A stretch of 64,000 nucleotides of DNA, from positions 89,091-153,090 of the forward strand of contig CP070813.1 of assembly GCA_020344055.1 (NCBI GenBank), read 5' to 3'. The position numbers were made by a program, and so were the translations under genes. The notes beneath the pieces were generated by a model. The model had not been told where the DNA came from, did no database searches, and saw nothing but the letters and a program-made list of their open reading frames with translations. Position 1 is the stretch's first letter. The number at the start of each line of letters is the position of its first letter. Source of the stretch: Candidatus Zixiibacteriota bacterium. Its GTDB lineage: Bacteria > Zixibacteria > MSB-5A5 > UBA10806. This document shows, in pieces, positions 55,868 to 64,000 of the stretch.

Positions 55868-58057
55868 TTACCTCAGGAGGATCATCTTTATCGATCTCGA
55901 GGATTCTTCCGTCTCCAGCCTGGCGAAATAAATGCCGGAGGTTCTGTAGGAAGCGTTCCAGGTGATATCATAATAACCGGCCGGCTGATTTTTGTCTATC
56001 AACGTTTCAACTTTGCGTCCCAGAATATCGTAGATGTTGATTTTTACACGTGATTCTTCGGGAAGGGTATATCCGATTGATGTCGAAGCGTTAAATGGAT
56101 TGGGATAGTTCTGGGAGATACTGAAAGATCTAACCGGATCGATATTTCGGTCAACATCGGTTATGGGATCGGTGTATGACGCCATTCCCCCCCCGAATGT
56201 TCCTATCCATTTGGTATTATCGCTGTCGACGACGAGGCACATGATATAATTCATGGGCAATCCTGAATTCTGGGTATCGTACCACGCCCATTCGCTTCTG
56301 TCATATCTGCCCAGTCCGTTTCCGGTGCCGAACCAGATTATGTTGTTGATATCGACGGCGATATCCTTCACCACGTTTCTCGTAAGCCCCTCAAATATGA
56401 AAGTCTCCCAGTCGTCGCCGTCATAGCTGGCGGCGCCGTAGGTGGTGCCGATCCATTTAACGTCATATTGATCTATGGCTATGGATATGACCTGGTTGTT
56501 ATGCAAACCTGAATTCGAGGTGTTATAAACCGTCCAATTGCTGTTATCGAAAACCGCCACTCCGCCCTGATCCGTCCCGATCCACTTTCTTCCGGCTTCA
56601 TCGATCACGATAGATGTTACGTAATTATCCGGCAGACCGGAGTTGCCTGTAGTATAAAAATACCAGGAAGAGTTGTTGTATTTGGCCAGGCCAAGATGAG
56701 TACCTACCCATTTTGTCCCGTTGTCTTCTATTTCTATATCCGAAATCGTGTAACCCGTAATATAGTTATTCCAGTTATTTCCATCGAATGAGACTATTCC
56801 CATATAGCTCCAGTACGTGCCGATCCATGCCATACCGTTGTCCTCGACAGCAACCGCGCTGATATCGTTGCAGGGTAAACCGGAGTTATCGGTGTTGTAG
56901 ACGATCCAGTTGGTATCATCAAAATATGCCAGTCCGCCGGTACAGATGTCCTCAAAGGATGTTCCCCAGGTGCCTATCCATTTATCATCATTGCCGTCCA
57001 GGGCGATATCGAGGACCTCGTTATGGGGCAGGCCGGAGTTGCTGGTATTGTACTGAGTCCATACGTTATCTTCAAACAGGGCGAGGCCGTACAGCGTCCC
57101 GATCCATTTTCCGCCGTCGGAGTCGATTACCACCGATTCCACCCAATCGGCGGGCAGATCGGAATTTGACGGGTCATAAACATTCCATGAGTATCCGTCG
57201 TAATGCACCAACCCGCCCGATTCATTCGGCAGCAGGGCGGTTCGCATGCCTATCCAGAGAGAAGCATCATGATCGATCGCGACCGAAAGGATCGCGTTAT
57301 TGGGCAATCCGGAATTTTGTGTGGTATAAACCGACCAGGTTGTGCCGTCAAACCGGGCCAGGCCGCCATAGAGCGGCGACTGGCCGTACGTTCCGATCCA
57401 TAAGGCGCCGGTGGAATCGAAAATGACCGAAGTTATATAGTTGCCGGGCAGACTTGAATTACTTCTATCGTATACAACCCAGTTGTTGCCATCGTACGAC
57501 ACCAGGCCCGAGCTGAAGGTTCCGATCCATCTGGTGCCGTTTTCCGCTATGGCAATCCGGTTAATAATATTCGATGGCAGGCCCGAGTTATCGATTGTAT
57601 AGACTGTCCAATTAATGTCGTCGAAAACCGCCAGCCCGTCGCCCGTCCCTATCCACTTGTCACCGTTGGAATCGATCGCGACTGCATATACCCTTTCATA
57701 AGGGAGGCCGGAATTGCAGGTATTGTATACCGTCCAATTTACGCCATCATATTTGGTTACCCCGTCGTCAGTGGCGATCCACAGGTTGCCGGAAGAATCA
57801 ATGGCCAGGCCACGAATCCAATTATGTGATAAGCCTGAATTAGCATTGTTGTAAAACTCGGTATCTCCGGTCGACATATTAATCGCCACCAAACCGGCCG
57901 CGGTTCCTATCCAGTTGGTGTCGCCGACCAAAAGCTGGCTGGTGACATGTTCTCCACAGCTGAATTGCTGCCATTGTGAATCCTGGGCGTATGAGAATGC
58001 CGTATGGCAAATAATAAAAAATCCCACCACGCGTAAAAATACCTTAAGATTGCCCAT
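55868..58057 (-). CDS. Beta-propeller repeat protein (two-component regulator propeller-type) with T9SS type A C-terminal domain
   Basis: Nine NSGL copies plus NSSL and NSDL variants within W..Y...NSGLP.N...I.ID..G.KWIGT repeats; C-terminal QNYPNPFN...GIYFARL...KMILLR. Confidence 0.87.
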   Translation of the reverse strand: MGNLKVFLRVVGFFIICHTAFSYAQDSQWQQFSCGEHVTSQLLVGDTNWIGTAAGLVAINMSTGDTEFYNNANSGLSHNWIRGLAIDSSGNLWIATDDGVTKYDGVNWTVYNTCNSGLPYERVYAVAIDSNGDKWIGTGDGLAVFDDINWTVYTIDNSGLPSNIINRIAIAENGTRWIGTFSSGLVSYDGNNWVVYDRSNSSLPGNYITSVIFDSTGALWIGTYGQSPLYGGLARFDGTTWSVYTTQNSGLPNNAILSVAIDHDASLWIGMRTALLPNESGGLVHYDGYSWNVYDPSNSDLPADWVESVVIDSDGGKWIGTLYGLALFEDNVWTQYNTSNSGLPHNEVLDIALDGNDDKWIGTWGTSFEDICTGGLAYFDDTNWIVYNTDNSGLPCNDISAVAVEDNGMAWIGTYWSYMGIVSFDGNNWNNYITGYTISDIEIEDNGTKWVGTHLGLAKYNNSSWYFYTTGNSGLPDNYVTSIVIDEAGRKWIGTDQGGVAVFDNSNWTVYNTSNSGLHNNQVISIAIDQYDVKWIGTTYGAASYDGDDWETFIFEGLTRNVVKDIAVDINNIIWFGTGNGLGRYDRSEWAWYDTQNSGLPMNYIMCLVVDSDNTKWIGTFGGGMASYTDPITDVDRNIDPVRSFSISQNYPNPFNASTSIGYTLPEESRVKINIYDILGRKVETLIDKNQPAGYYDITWNASYRTSGIYFARLETEESSRSIKMILLR

Positions 58058-58286
58058 AGCTTCTTTCTCCTGAAATAACTATTGAATGAATGGAAATTAC
58101 ATCTGGCGGCCAAATACTAAACATAGAAATCCCGCAACTGAAAAAATCTCGAGCCGGATCATATAAATCTATATATAATTACAAATGGAAATCCCCCAAA
58201 GTTTCAATATTTACATCGGGCTGCGGCTACAGCGCCGGAATTAATAATAAAGAATATGGTTATAGTTACGAACTAACTATGTAACT

Positions 58287-61200
58287 TTATTTCAACAAAA
58301 TCATCTTTACCGATTTCGAGAACCCTTCCGTCTCCAGCCTGGCGAAATAGATCCCTGAGGTTTTATCGGAAGCGTCCCAGATGATATCATAATAGCCGGC
58401 AGGCTGTCTCTCATTGACGAGCGTTGCGGCCTTACGTCCCAGTATATCGTAAATAATGATCCTTACATGCGTTTCTTCGGGCAGAGCGTATTTCAATATG
58501 GTCGCCGGGTTGAAGGGATTGGGATAGTTCTGCTCCATTCCGAATGACGCAGGCAATGCGACAAAATCGTCTATTCCCGTTACGTCGTTGACAGTAAGAG
58601 TGCATTCCACTGCCGCGGTGGGGTTGTTGGAGTCGTTGGATTCGATGTTCAAAAATCCTGTATATATGCCGGCGTCGAGTTCGGTAGCGTCGAATGTCAC
58701 AGTAATATCGGTTGTTTGCCCCGGATTCACGTATCCGTTTAACGGGTCGGCGGTAAGCCAGAACAAGGGGTAATAGAACTGGACCGCCAAATCGTTCTGC
58801 ACGTAGGAGCCGTTGTACACAACCTCCAATCCGGTCGTACCTGTGGAGTTCTCAATTCCAACCGTGTTGGAAACCAGGTCGTCAACCATGTTTAAATACT
58901 GATACTTAATGTTACCGTCGGCCGTCAGGATCGCCTCGAAAGTGTAGAGCCCGGAGCCGCCCCAACCAGGTATGGCGTCATACTGGACAATAAAGGTATC
59001 AACGTTGTTTGAGTAATAATAAACCATTCCGCCGTCGGAGGGATTGAGGTCATCCCAGAAAGGCGCAACCAGGTTATTTGGCTCATCCGCCGTAGGAATA
59101 GACTGGTTTGAATAACGTGTTGACGTGCTCGTAAACGAAAGCCAGCCATTGGAGCAGATTCTTATGGCGTTAAACGTGCTCTCGTAGAACGGCATGCTGA
59201 AGCCGAGGCTGAACGGTCCTTGATTCTGGTCGTCTCCGAACGTCAACGGTTGCCCTGTACCGGTTATATCTATCCAGCTAAACGCCGGGCCGTTGGGATC
59301 GTTAGAATCGATCCAGATATAGCCAAACGCATCCGGGCCACCGGTGTCTTTTGATTGCGGCCGAGATGGAGTTTCGGGATAATCGGCTTTCGGACCGTAA
59401 TAGGTGACAGTAAGAAAATCCCCATTTCGTTCATAAGTAATATTTTTACCCCGGTTCGGGTCCTGTCTTATGGGGTCAGAAATGTAAATCGGTTCGCCGA
59501 TATTATAATCGCTGAGACCGACCATTATGGGATTTATACTGAATACCAGTATTCCATCGCCATCGTTGCCGATAACCAGGGTCTGATCGGTCGACTGACC
59601 CTGGTCCAGGGTGATGTTAAACGAATTAGGATTGGTTGTTATGGTAGGGGAGCCAACGACCGGCGTAATGCCGTTAACCACTACAGCATCGATATACCAG
59701 CCATCCCGGGTAAGCGAATAATCGCTGCCGAACCTGAACCTGAGCTCGATCACCTGTCCCGCGTACGATCCCAGGCCGACGTCGACCTGCTCCCAGTTCC
59801 CTGTTGTACCGGTAAAGCCGGGTTCCCCATCGAGACCATTGATACTGTTATCCGGGTAGCCGCCGACGGGAGTCACAAGCTCAAAATTACCTCCGTTTGC
59901 CGAAACCGATATATTACCACCATCGTAGCCATCTTCCATGTTATACCAGTGATAGAATGAGAATACGGCGTTTGAATCGTTGACCACGTAGTATTTCGTT
60001 ACCAGCCCGTCGTCGGCGCTATTGGGATATTGCCCGTCGAGAACGGTTGCCCAGACTTTGGCGCCGTCATAAGCTCCGTTGGGGCCGGAGGTCGGTTCGC
60101 CCCATTCCCAGATTCCCTCGCCGACCCAGCCGCCGTCGTTGTATTCAAACGACTCCATCGCCCTTAGCACGAACTCCAGGTCGCAGGTATAGCCGCCGTT
60201 CGCGGTGACGGCGAGATCGAAATCTATTGAATGTCCCGGAGGCATATTGCCTCCCGCGGTCACAATAAAAACATCGTTTGAGTTATTGCCGGTACCCCCG
60301 CCAGGGTTGAGGTCGCCGAATGTACCGCCGGAATCGGATATAGTTACATAATCATCCTGCTCCGAAAGAATGGCCGCCACTGATCCGGCCAGCGACGAGC
60401 CGGAGTTTTCGAGCGTGACGGTCATCTCGATAGTCTCGCCGGCTTCGAAAATACCGTTGCCATTGCCCCCGACCGCGTCGTCTATCATGACCTCGACGAA
60501 TTCCACGACGGGCGCGTGAGCGGTCAGGCTGAAATTGCTGGTCCAGGTGTCGGTGCTGCTGGTTATGGTCAGTTCGAAACCGATAGCGTGACGATCCGGA
60601 ACGTCAACGGCAACGTCAAAGGCGTAAGCGTCCTCGATATTGACGGTCCCGAAATCACCGACTATATCGCCAAATGTTTCAATAGTGTCGGTTATAATTA
60701 CAAAAGAGTCCTGGGTCGCCAATACAGCCGAGACGTTATAAGCGGTATCGGGGCCGACGTTTTTCAATTGCACATCGAGTGAAATACTCTCACCGAAGTC
60801 TATAACCCCGTTGTTATTGCCGGTCGGGTCGTTTACGGCGCAGGAATCGAATATTACGTACGGTCCCGAGGGCGCGATTACCTGGACGGTGGTGATATAA
60901 GGTTGCTTGTTTTGGCCTGATACGATAAGGTCGGCGGCTCCGGGGATAGCGAATGGAGTAATATCCATATTCACAATACCGGTATGATCAATGTATGCCG
61001 CGCCGTGAAGAACACCGTCCTTGGAAAGACCGACGTAAGAAGCCTCGTCAGCCTCTACCGTAAAGCTGTCATCGCCCAGTACGATCACCGCGGCGTGCTG
61101 TACGTTATTGGCGGCGGGAACTCCCAAATAGGTCATAACCGAGGGATCTCCCATCAAATGGTAGATCTCCCAGTAATAATTGGTTATGTTGCTGCCCGAC

Positions 61201-62948
61201 TCCTGAACCGCCATGTTACCGCAGAAGATGAGCGCGTCGTTTACAACGTAATGGTCGGAAACGTCCTCGCCGTGGGTATGGAAAACACCGTCGTAGGCGC
61301 CGAGCCCGGTTTGCTCGTAGGACGGTCCGTTGCCCATTATGGGCCCGTAGCCGACCCCCCACCAGTAGTCCTCATCCCAGTAGGTGCTGTTGGATCCTCC
61401 TATATAGCCGATGGCGCCCTTGTCTTCTTCCTGTAGCCAGACCTCGCCCACACAGGGGGTCGAATAATCATCGCCGAAAGTAACAGTCAGGCAGCAGTTC
61501 CCGATGGCAAGCGGATACTTGTGGATATTCGTTAAACTGCTGACATTGGATGAAGTAAAAGATGGATCTCCCCAACTGTTATGGTTACCGTGGGCGGTGT
61601 AGTTTATGAATCCGACGCCGTCATTTACCGTCTGAATTATGGCCGCAGAAGCTCCCGGCTGCGCCGATTGAGGATAGAGCCAGGTGTTGGAAAAAATCCC
61701 ATTCTGGGAATTGAAATATATATTAACGCCGTAATTGATCTGGCCGTTGCCGTGAGTGGGGGCATAGGTGGCGTCCACGCCCGCTATCATGGTAACATTA
61801 CCCGTATAACCCGGATCAAGCATGGTATATTGCTCATATTCCAGGGTTTTATCTATCTGGGGCTGCAAAAGCGTTGGATCCTGAGCGGAGAAACGTCCAT
61901 AATAGATCTCCGGATTGTGATCGCCGGTGAACTCGCAGAAATCGAGATCGGAGATATGGCTGCCGTAGGAAAAGGCCGGTATCTGCTGGTCGTCGCCCAC
62001 CAGAAGAACAAAAGACGGTCGGGGATCGGCGGGGGGGTTGCTGCTGTTGTAAATACCCTGGATATAGGTTTTGATGGCGGTGTTGCTGTAGCCGATATCA
62101 TCGGTGTAGGCGGTAATGACGTTAAATCCTTTTTTGGTTTTCCATTCGATAAACGGCTGCAGTTGCGCCTCGAACATGCGATCCGCGATAATGACATACT
62201 TGACCGGATATGTAACGAGGTCGTCCAGAATGGTCGGGGGGAGAGGCTCGTAGTTGATTATCCGGCTGTAGACCACCTCAAAAAAGGGCGAGTAGCAGCC
62301 GGTACGCATATCCATGGTTGTTTGCCAATCGGGATGCAGGAAATCGACCCGGATGATCAGATTTTTGTATACCCGTACTTTGTTCTCAAGGGGATTGTAT
62401 TCGACCGGCGCCACGGAAACCAGCTCCAGCCTCAGGGCTCTCATAATACCCGCGTCCGAGGATGAGACGAGCGGCAGGTCGTAATATCCGGGCCGGCTGT
62501 AGGCGGACGGATTGTACTGGAATTCCACGTCGGCAGGGTCCTGCGATTTGGAGAGGGATGGCTGAACCGGTATGAGGGGATCGGTATAATTGTAATCGGA
62601 CAGCGATATCTCCTCGATCTCGTAGCTGATCGCTTCGACCCGCACTTCGCATCCGAACGGCACGGATATGAGACGGTTTATCATGGGAAGACTCGGCTCG
62701 CCGATTTCATGCGAGCGCGAGAATCCATCCACGTTGAGAACCGTGAACGATCCTCCCTTCGTGGTAACTTTATCCAGGCTGACCGAACCTATATCGATCT
62801 TTAAGGTCAATCCGGTCTGAGTCTGGTTCAATAGAGCTATACCCGAGGGGTAATTTCCGAGATCTATTTCCTGAGCGGCGTATGCCCCTGCCGCGAAATA
62901 TAAAACGATTACCGCCGCGCAGACCGCTCCTGTTAACGATTTATTCAA
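58287..62948 (-). CDS. Gingipain-like C25 cysteine peptidase with propeptide, accessory domains and T9SS type A C-terminal domain
   Basis: Signal peptide; propeptide EIGEPSLP; catalytic NYTAHG and IGNCC; YWDEDYWW; GWEWGEP and DGWYID lectin-like unit; QNYPNPFN CTD. Confidence 0.9.
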   Translation of the reverse strand: MNKSLTGAVCAAVIVLYFAAGAYAAQEIDLGNYPSGIALLNQTQTGLTLKIDIGSVSLDKVTTKGGSFTVLNVDGFSRSHEIGEPSLPMINRLISVPFGCEVRVEAISYEIEEISLSDYNYTDPLIPVQPSLSKSQDPADVEFQYNPSAYSRPGYYDLPLVSSSDAGIMRALRLELVSVAPVEYNPLENKVRVYKNLIIRVDFLHPDWQTTMDMRTGCYSPFFEVVYSRIINYEPLPPTILDDLVTYPVKYVIIADRMFEAQLQPFIEWKTKKGFNVITAYTDDIGYSNTAIKTYIQGIYNSSNPPADPRPSFVLLVGDDQQIPAFSYGSHISDLDFCEFTGDHNPEIYYGRFSAQDPTLLQPQIDKTLEYEQYTMLDPGYTGNVTMIAGVDATYAPTHGNGQINYGVNIYFNSQNGIFSNTWLYPQSAQPGASAAIIQTVNDGVGFINYTAHGNHNSWGDPSFTSSNVSSLTNIHKYPLAIGNCCLTVTFGDDYSTPCVGEVWLQEEDKGAIGYIGGSNSTYWDEDYWWGVGYGPIMGNGPSYEQTGLGAYDGVFHTHGEDVSDHYVVNDALIFCGNMAVQESGSNITNYYWEIYHLMGDPSVMTYLGVPAANNVQHAAVIVLGDDSFTVEADEASYVGLSKDGVLHGAAYIDHTGIVNMDITPFAIPGAADLIVSGQNKQPYITTVQVIAPSGPYVIFDSCAVNDPTGNNNGVIDFGESISLDVQLKNVGPDTAYNVSAVLATQDSFVIITDTIETFGDIVGDFGTVNIEDAYAFDVAVDVPDRHAIGFELTITSSTDTWTSNFSLTAHAPVVEFVEVMIDDAVGGNGNGIFEAGETIEMTVTLENSGSSLAGSVAAILSEQDDYVTISDSGGTFGDLNPGGGTGNNSNDVFIVTAGGNMPPGHSIDFDLAVTANGGYTCDLEFVLRAMESFEYNDGGWVGEGIWEWGEPTSGPNGAYDGAKVWATVLDGQYPNSADDGLVTKYYVVNDSNAVFSFYHWYNMEDGYDGGNISVSANGGNFELVTPVGGYPDNSINGLDGEPGFTGTTGNWEQVDVGLGSYAGQVIELRFRFGSDYSLTRDGWYIDAVVVNGITPVVGSPTITTNPNSFNITLDQGQSTDQTLVIGNDGDGILVFSINPIMVGLSDYNIGEPIYISDPIRQDPNRGKNITYERNGDFLTVTYYGPKADYPETPSRPQSKDTGGPDAFGYIWIDSNDPNGPAFSWIDITGTGQPLTFGDDQNQGPFSLGFSMPFYESTFNAIRICSNGWLSFTSTSTRYSNQSIPTADEPNNLVAPFWDDLNPSDGGMVYYYSNNVDTFIVQYDAIPGWGGSGLYTFEAILTADGNIKYQYLNMVDDLVSNTVGIENSTGTTGLEVVYNGSYVQNDLAVQFYYPLFWLTADPLNGYVNPGQTTDITVTFDATELDAGIYTGFLNIESNDSNNPTAAVECTLTVNDVTGIDDFVALPASFGMEQNYPNPFNPATILKYALPEETHVRIIIYDILGRKAATLVNERQPAGYYDIIWDASDKTSGIYFARLETEGFSKSVKMILLK

Positions 62949-63113
62949 AACATCCTCCGTTCAAAAATTAGCTTTAAATTGTAAACACGCTCCCGTAAAA
63001 GGACTCCATAAAGGAGATCTTATTAATAATAACTAATATTTGCAAAATTGAAAGGGAAAACTGGATAATTATAGACTCATACGATCCACAAATTTCATGA
63101 AAGCCTCTATTTG

Positions 63114-64000
63114 TTATGAGGTTTGCCTTTTGGGCATCAATGATTTCTTTTCTTTTAAGGGAGTACCAAAGAGCTTTTTCAGGCATTTGATTATGCCTGG
63201 GATGGTATGCTCATCGGCCTCGTAAGAAACCGCCAGGCCCGATGATTTCAGGGCCCGGGTCGCCGACGGTCCCATCGACAGGATTTTGGCGCTTCGGATC
63301 AGTTTTTTAATTTCCCCGGAATTCAGGACCTTAACGAATCCATCCACCGTCGACGCGCTGGTGAATACGATTAAATCCGGCGGGTATTTAAACAGTCTTT
63401 CCCTCATGTTGCCGGGCCATTGCGGTACGTAAGTCTTGTATACCTCTATTGGCAGGATTTCCCGTGCGATCGGTTCCAGGCCCTCTTCTATACGGTTGTC
63501 CGCGAGACTGCCCTTGACGCGGATTATGGTTGACTCCGTAAGATCCACCTTGCTTTTAAATTCCTTTACGAATGAATCGATGGTGGCTTTTGCGGGAATG
63601 AAATCCGGTTTCAGGTTGTATCCGCCGAGCGCCTCTACGGTCCCGATTCCCACAGCCGCCAATCTAAAACGGCTCAGCTTCCTTATATCTCCATATCTTG
63701 AAATATAGGGGTTGAGAAAATATCTTACCCCGTTTTCGCCGGTGAAGACGACCCATTTGTTTTTTGAATCGTCTTTGACCAGATTTTCGAATTTTTCCCA
63801 GGAGGTTATATCCATATATTCGGAGGTGGCGATCGTGGGGCAGGGCAGGACCTCCGCCCCCAGGTCTCTCAATGACCCATACAGCGGTTCGGCCTGGTCC
63901 GCCGGTCTGGTGACCATGATTCTCAAGCCATAAAGCGGCTTCTGCTTATGCCAGTTTAAAAGCGGCTCGTTGCTCACTACCTCCCCGATCATGATGATGG
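63114..64000 (-). CDS. hemD: Uroporphyrinogen-III synthase, C-terminal part of a probable CobA-HemD fusion (5' end outside the window)
   Basis: IIMIGEVV...WHKQKPLYGLRIMVTRP junction typical of CobA/HemD fusions; VFTGENGV, AVGIGT, VFTSASTV and SMGPSAT. Confidence 0.88.
   Translation of the reverse strand, partial: IIMIGEVVSNEPLLNWHKQKPLYGLRIMVTRPADQAEPLYGSLRDLGAEVLPCPTIATSEYMDITSWEKFENLVKDDSKNKWVVFTGENGVRYFLNPYISRYGDIRKLSRFRLAAVGIGTVEALGGYNLKPDFIPAKATIDSFVKEFKSKVDLTESTIIRVKGSLADNRIEEGLEPIAREILPIEVYKTYVPQWPGNMRERLFKYPPDLIVFTSASTVDGFVKVLNSGEIKKLIRSAKILSMGPSATRALKSSGLAVSYEADEHTIPGIIKCLKKLFGTPLKEKKSLMPKRQTS

Noticed and set aside
58090-58284. 64-aa plus-strand ORF between the propeller and C25 genes
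   Set aside because: AT-rich intergenic sequence, antisense to the flanking genes, no RBS or motif.
55868-58520. Diversity-generating retroelement TR/VR pair in the two CTD repeats
   Set aside because: Mismatches are not adenine-specific, many are synonymous, both copies are coding, and there is no reverse transcriptase in the window.
58287-62948. Calling the C25 protein PorU
   Set aside because: The N-terminal propeptide directly followed by the catalytic domain, the Kgp-like motifs and the long C-terminal accessory region fit a cargo gingipain rather than the sortase.
586-63933. Remaining overlapping or antisense ORFs in the track (e.g. 1435..1872, 9567..10103, 13603..14436, 42661..43599, 50241..51002, 61581..62465)
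   Set aside because: They lie wholly within well-supported genes in other frames and have no recognisable motifs; such shadow ORFs are expected at this GC content.
1-64000. CRISPR array, rRNA, tRNA (including selC), integrase or transposase
   Set aside because: No regularly spaced direct repeats, no recognisable tRNA or rRNA motifs, and no ORF with recombinase or transposase motifs were seen by eye.

Overview
Gene-dense bacterial chromosome segment, roughly 50% GC, standard genetic code 11. Cys-rich dockerin-like tails, T9SS-type C-terminal domains and a gingipain-like protease suggest an FCB-affiliated, Zixibacteria-like organism; this is inference. Most genes are housekeeping, transport or secreted-protein genes: ABC-F ATPase, M29 and M16 peptidases, two vWA proteins, a hybrid histidine kinase, hflKC, oadGAB-birA, GGT, a TonB receptor, a C25 protease and a partial cobA-hemD. 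I found no rRNA, tRNA, CRISPR array, integrase or transposase. Four things are missed or unexplained by the ORF track. (1) An exported thioredoxin-TPR protein (40226-41404) has an in-frame TGA exactly at the first Cys position of a CxxC motif, followed by a SECIS-like hairpin, so it is a probable UxxC selenoprotein. (2) A solitary AT-rich 734-aa gene (11340-13544) has a restriction-endonuclease-like N-terminus and a degenerate PIN-like C-terminus, and is a candidate anti-phage gene. (3) An unannotated 42-aa very basic ORF (1144-1272) has ArfA-like residue spacing. (4) GTAG- and CGTC-tagged REP-like palindromes are dispersed through the window and share an inner hairpin module. All domain assignments come from motif recognition by eye; no searches were run.
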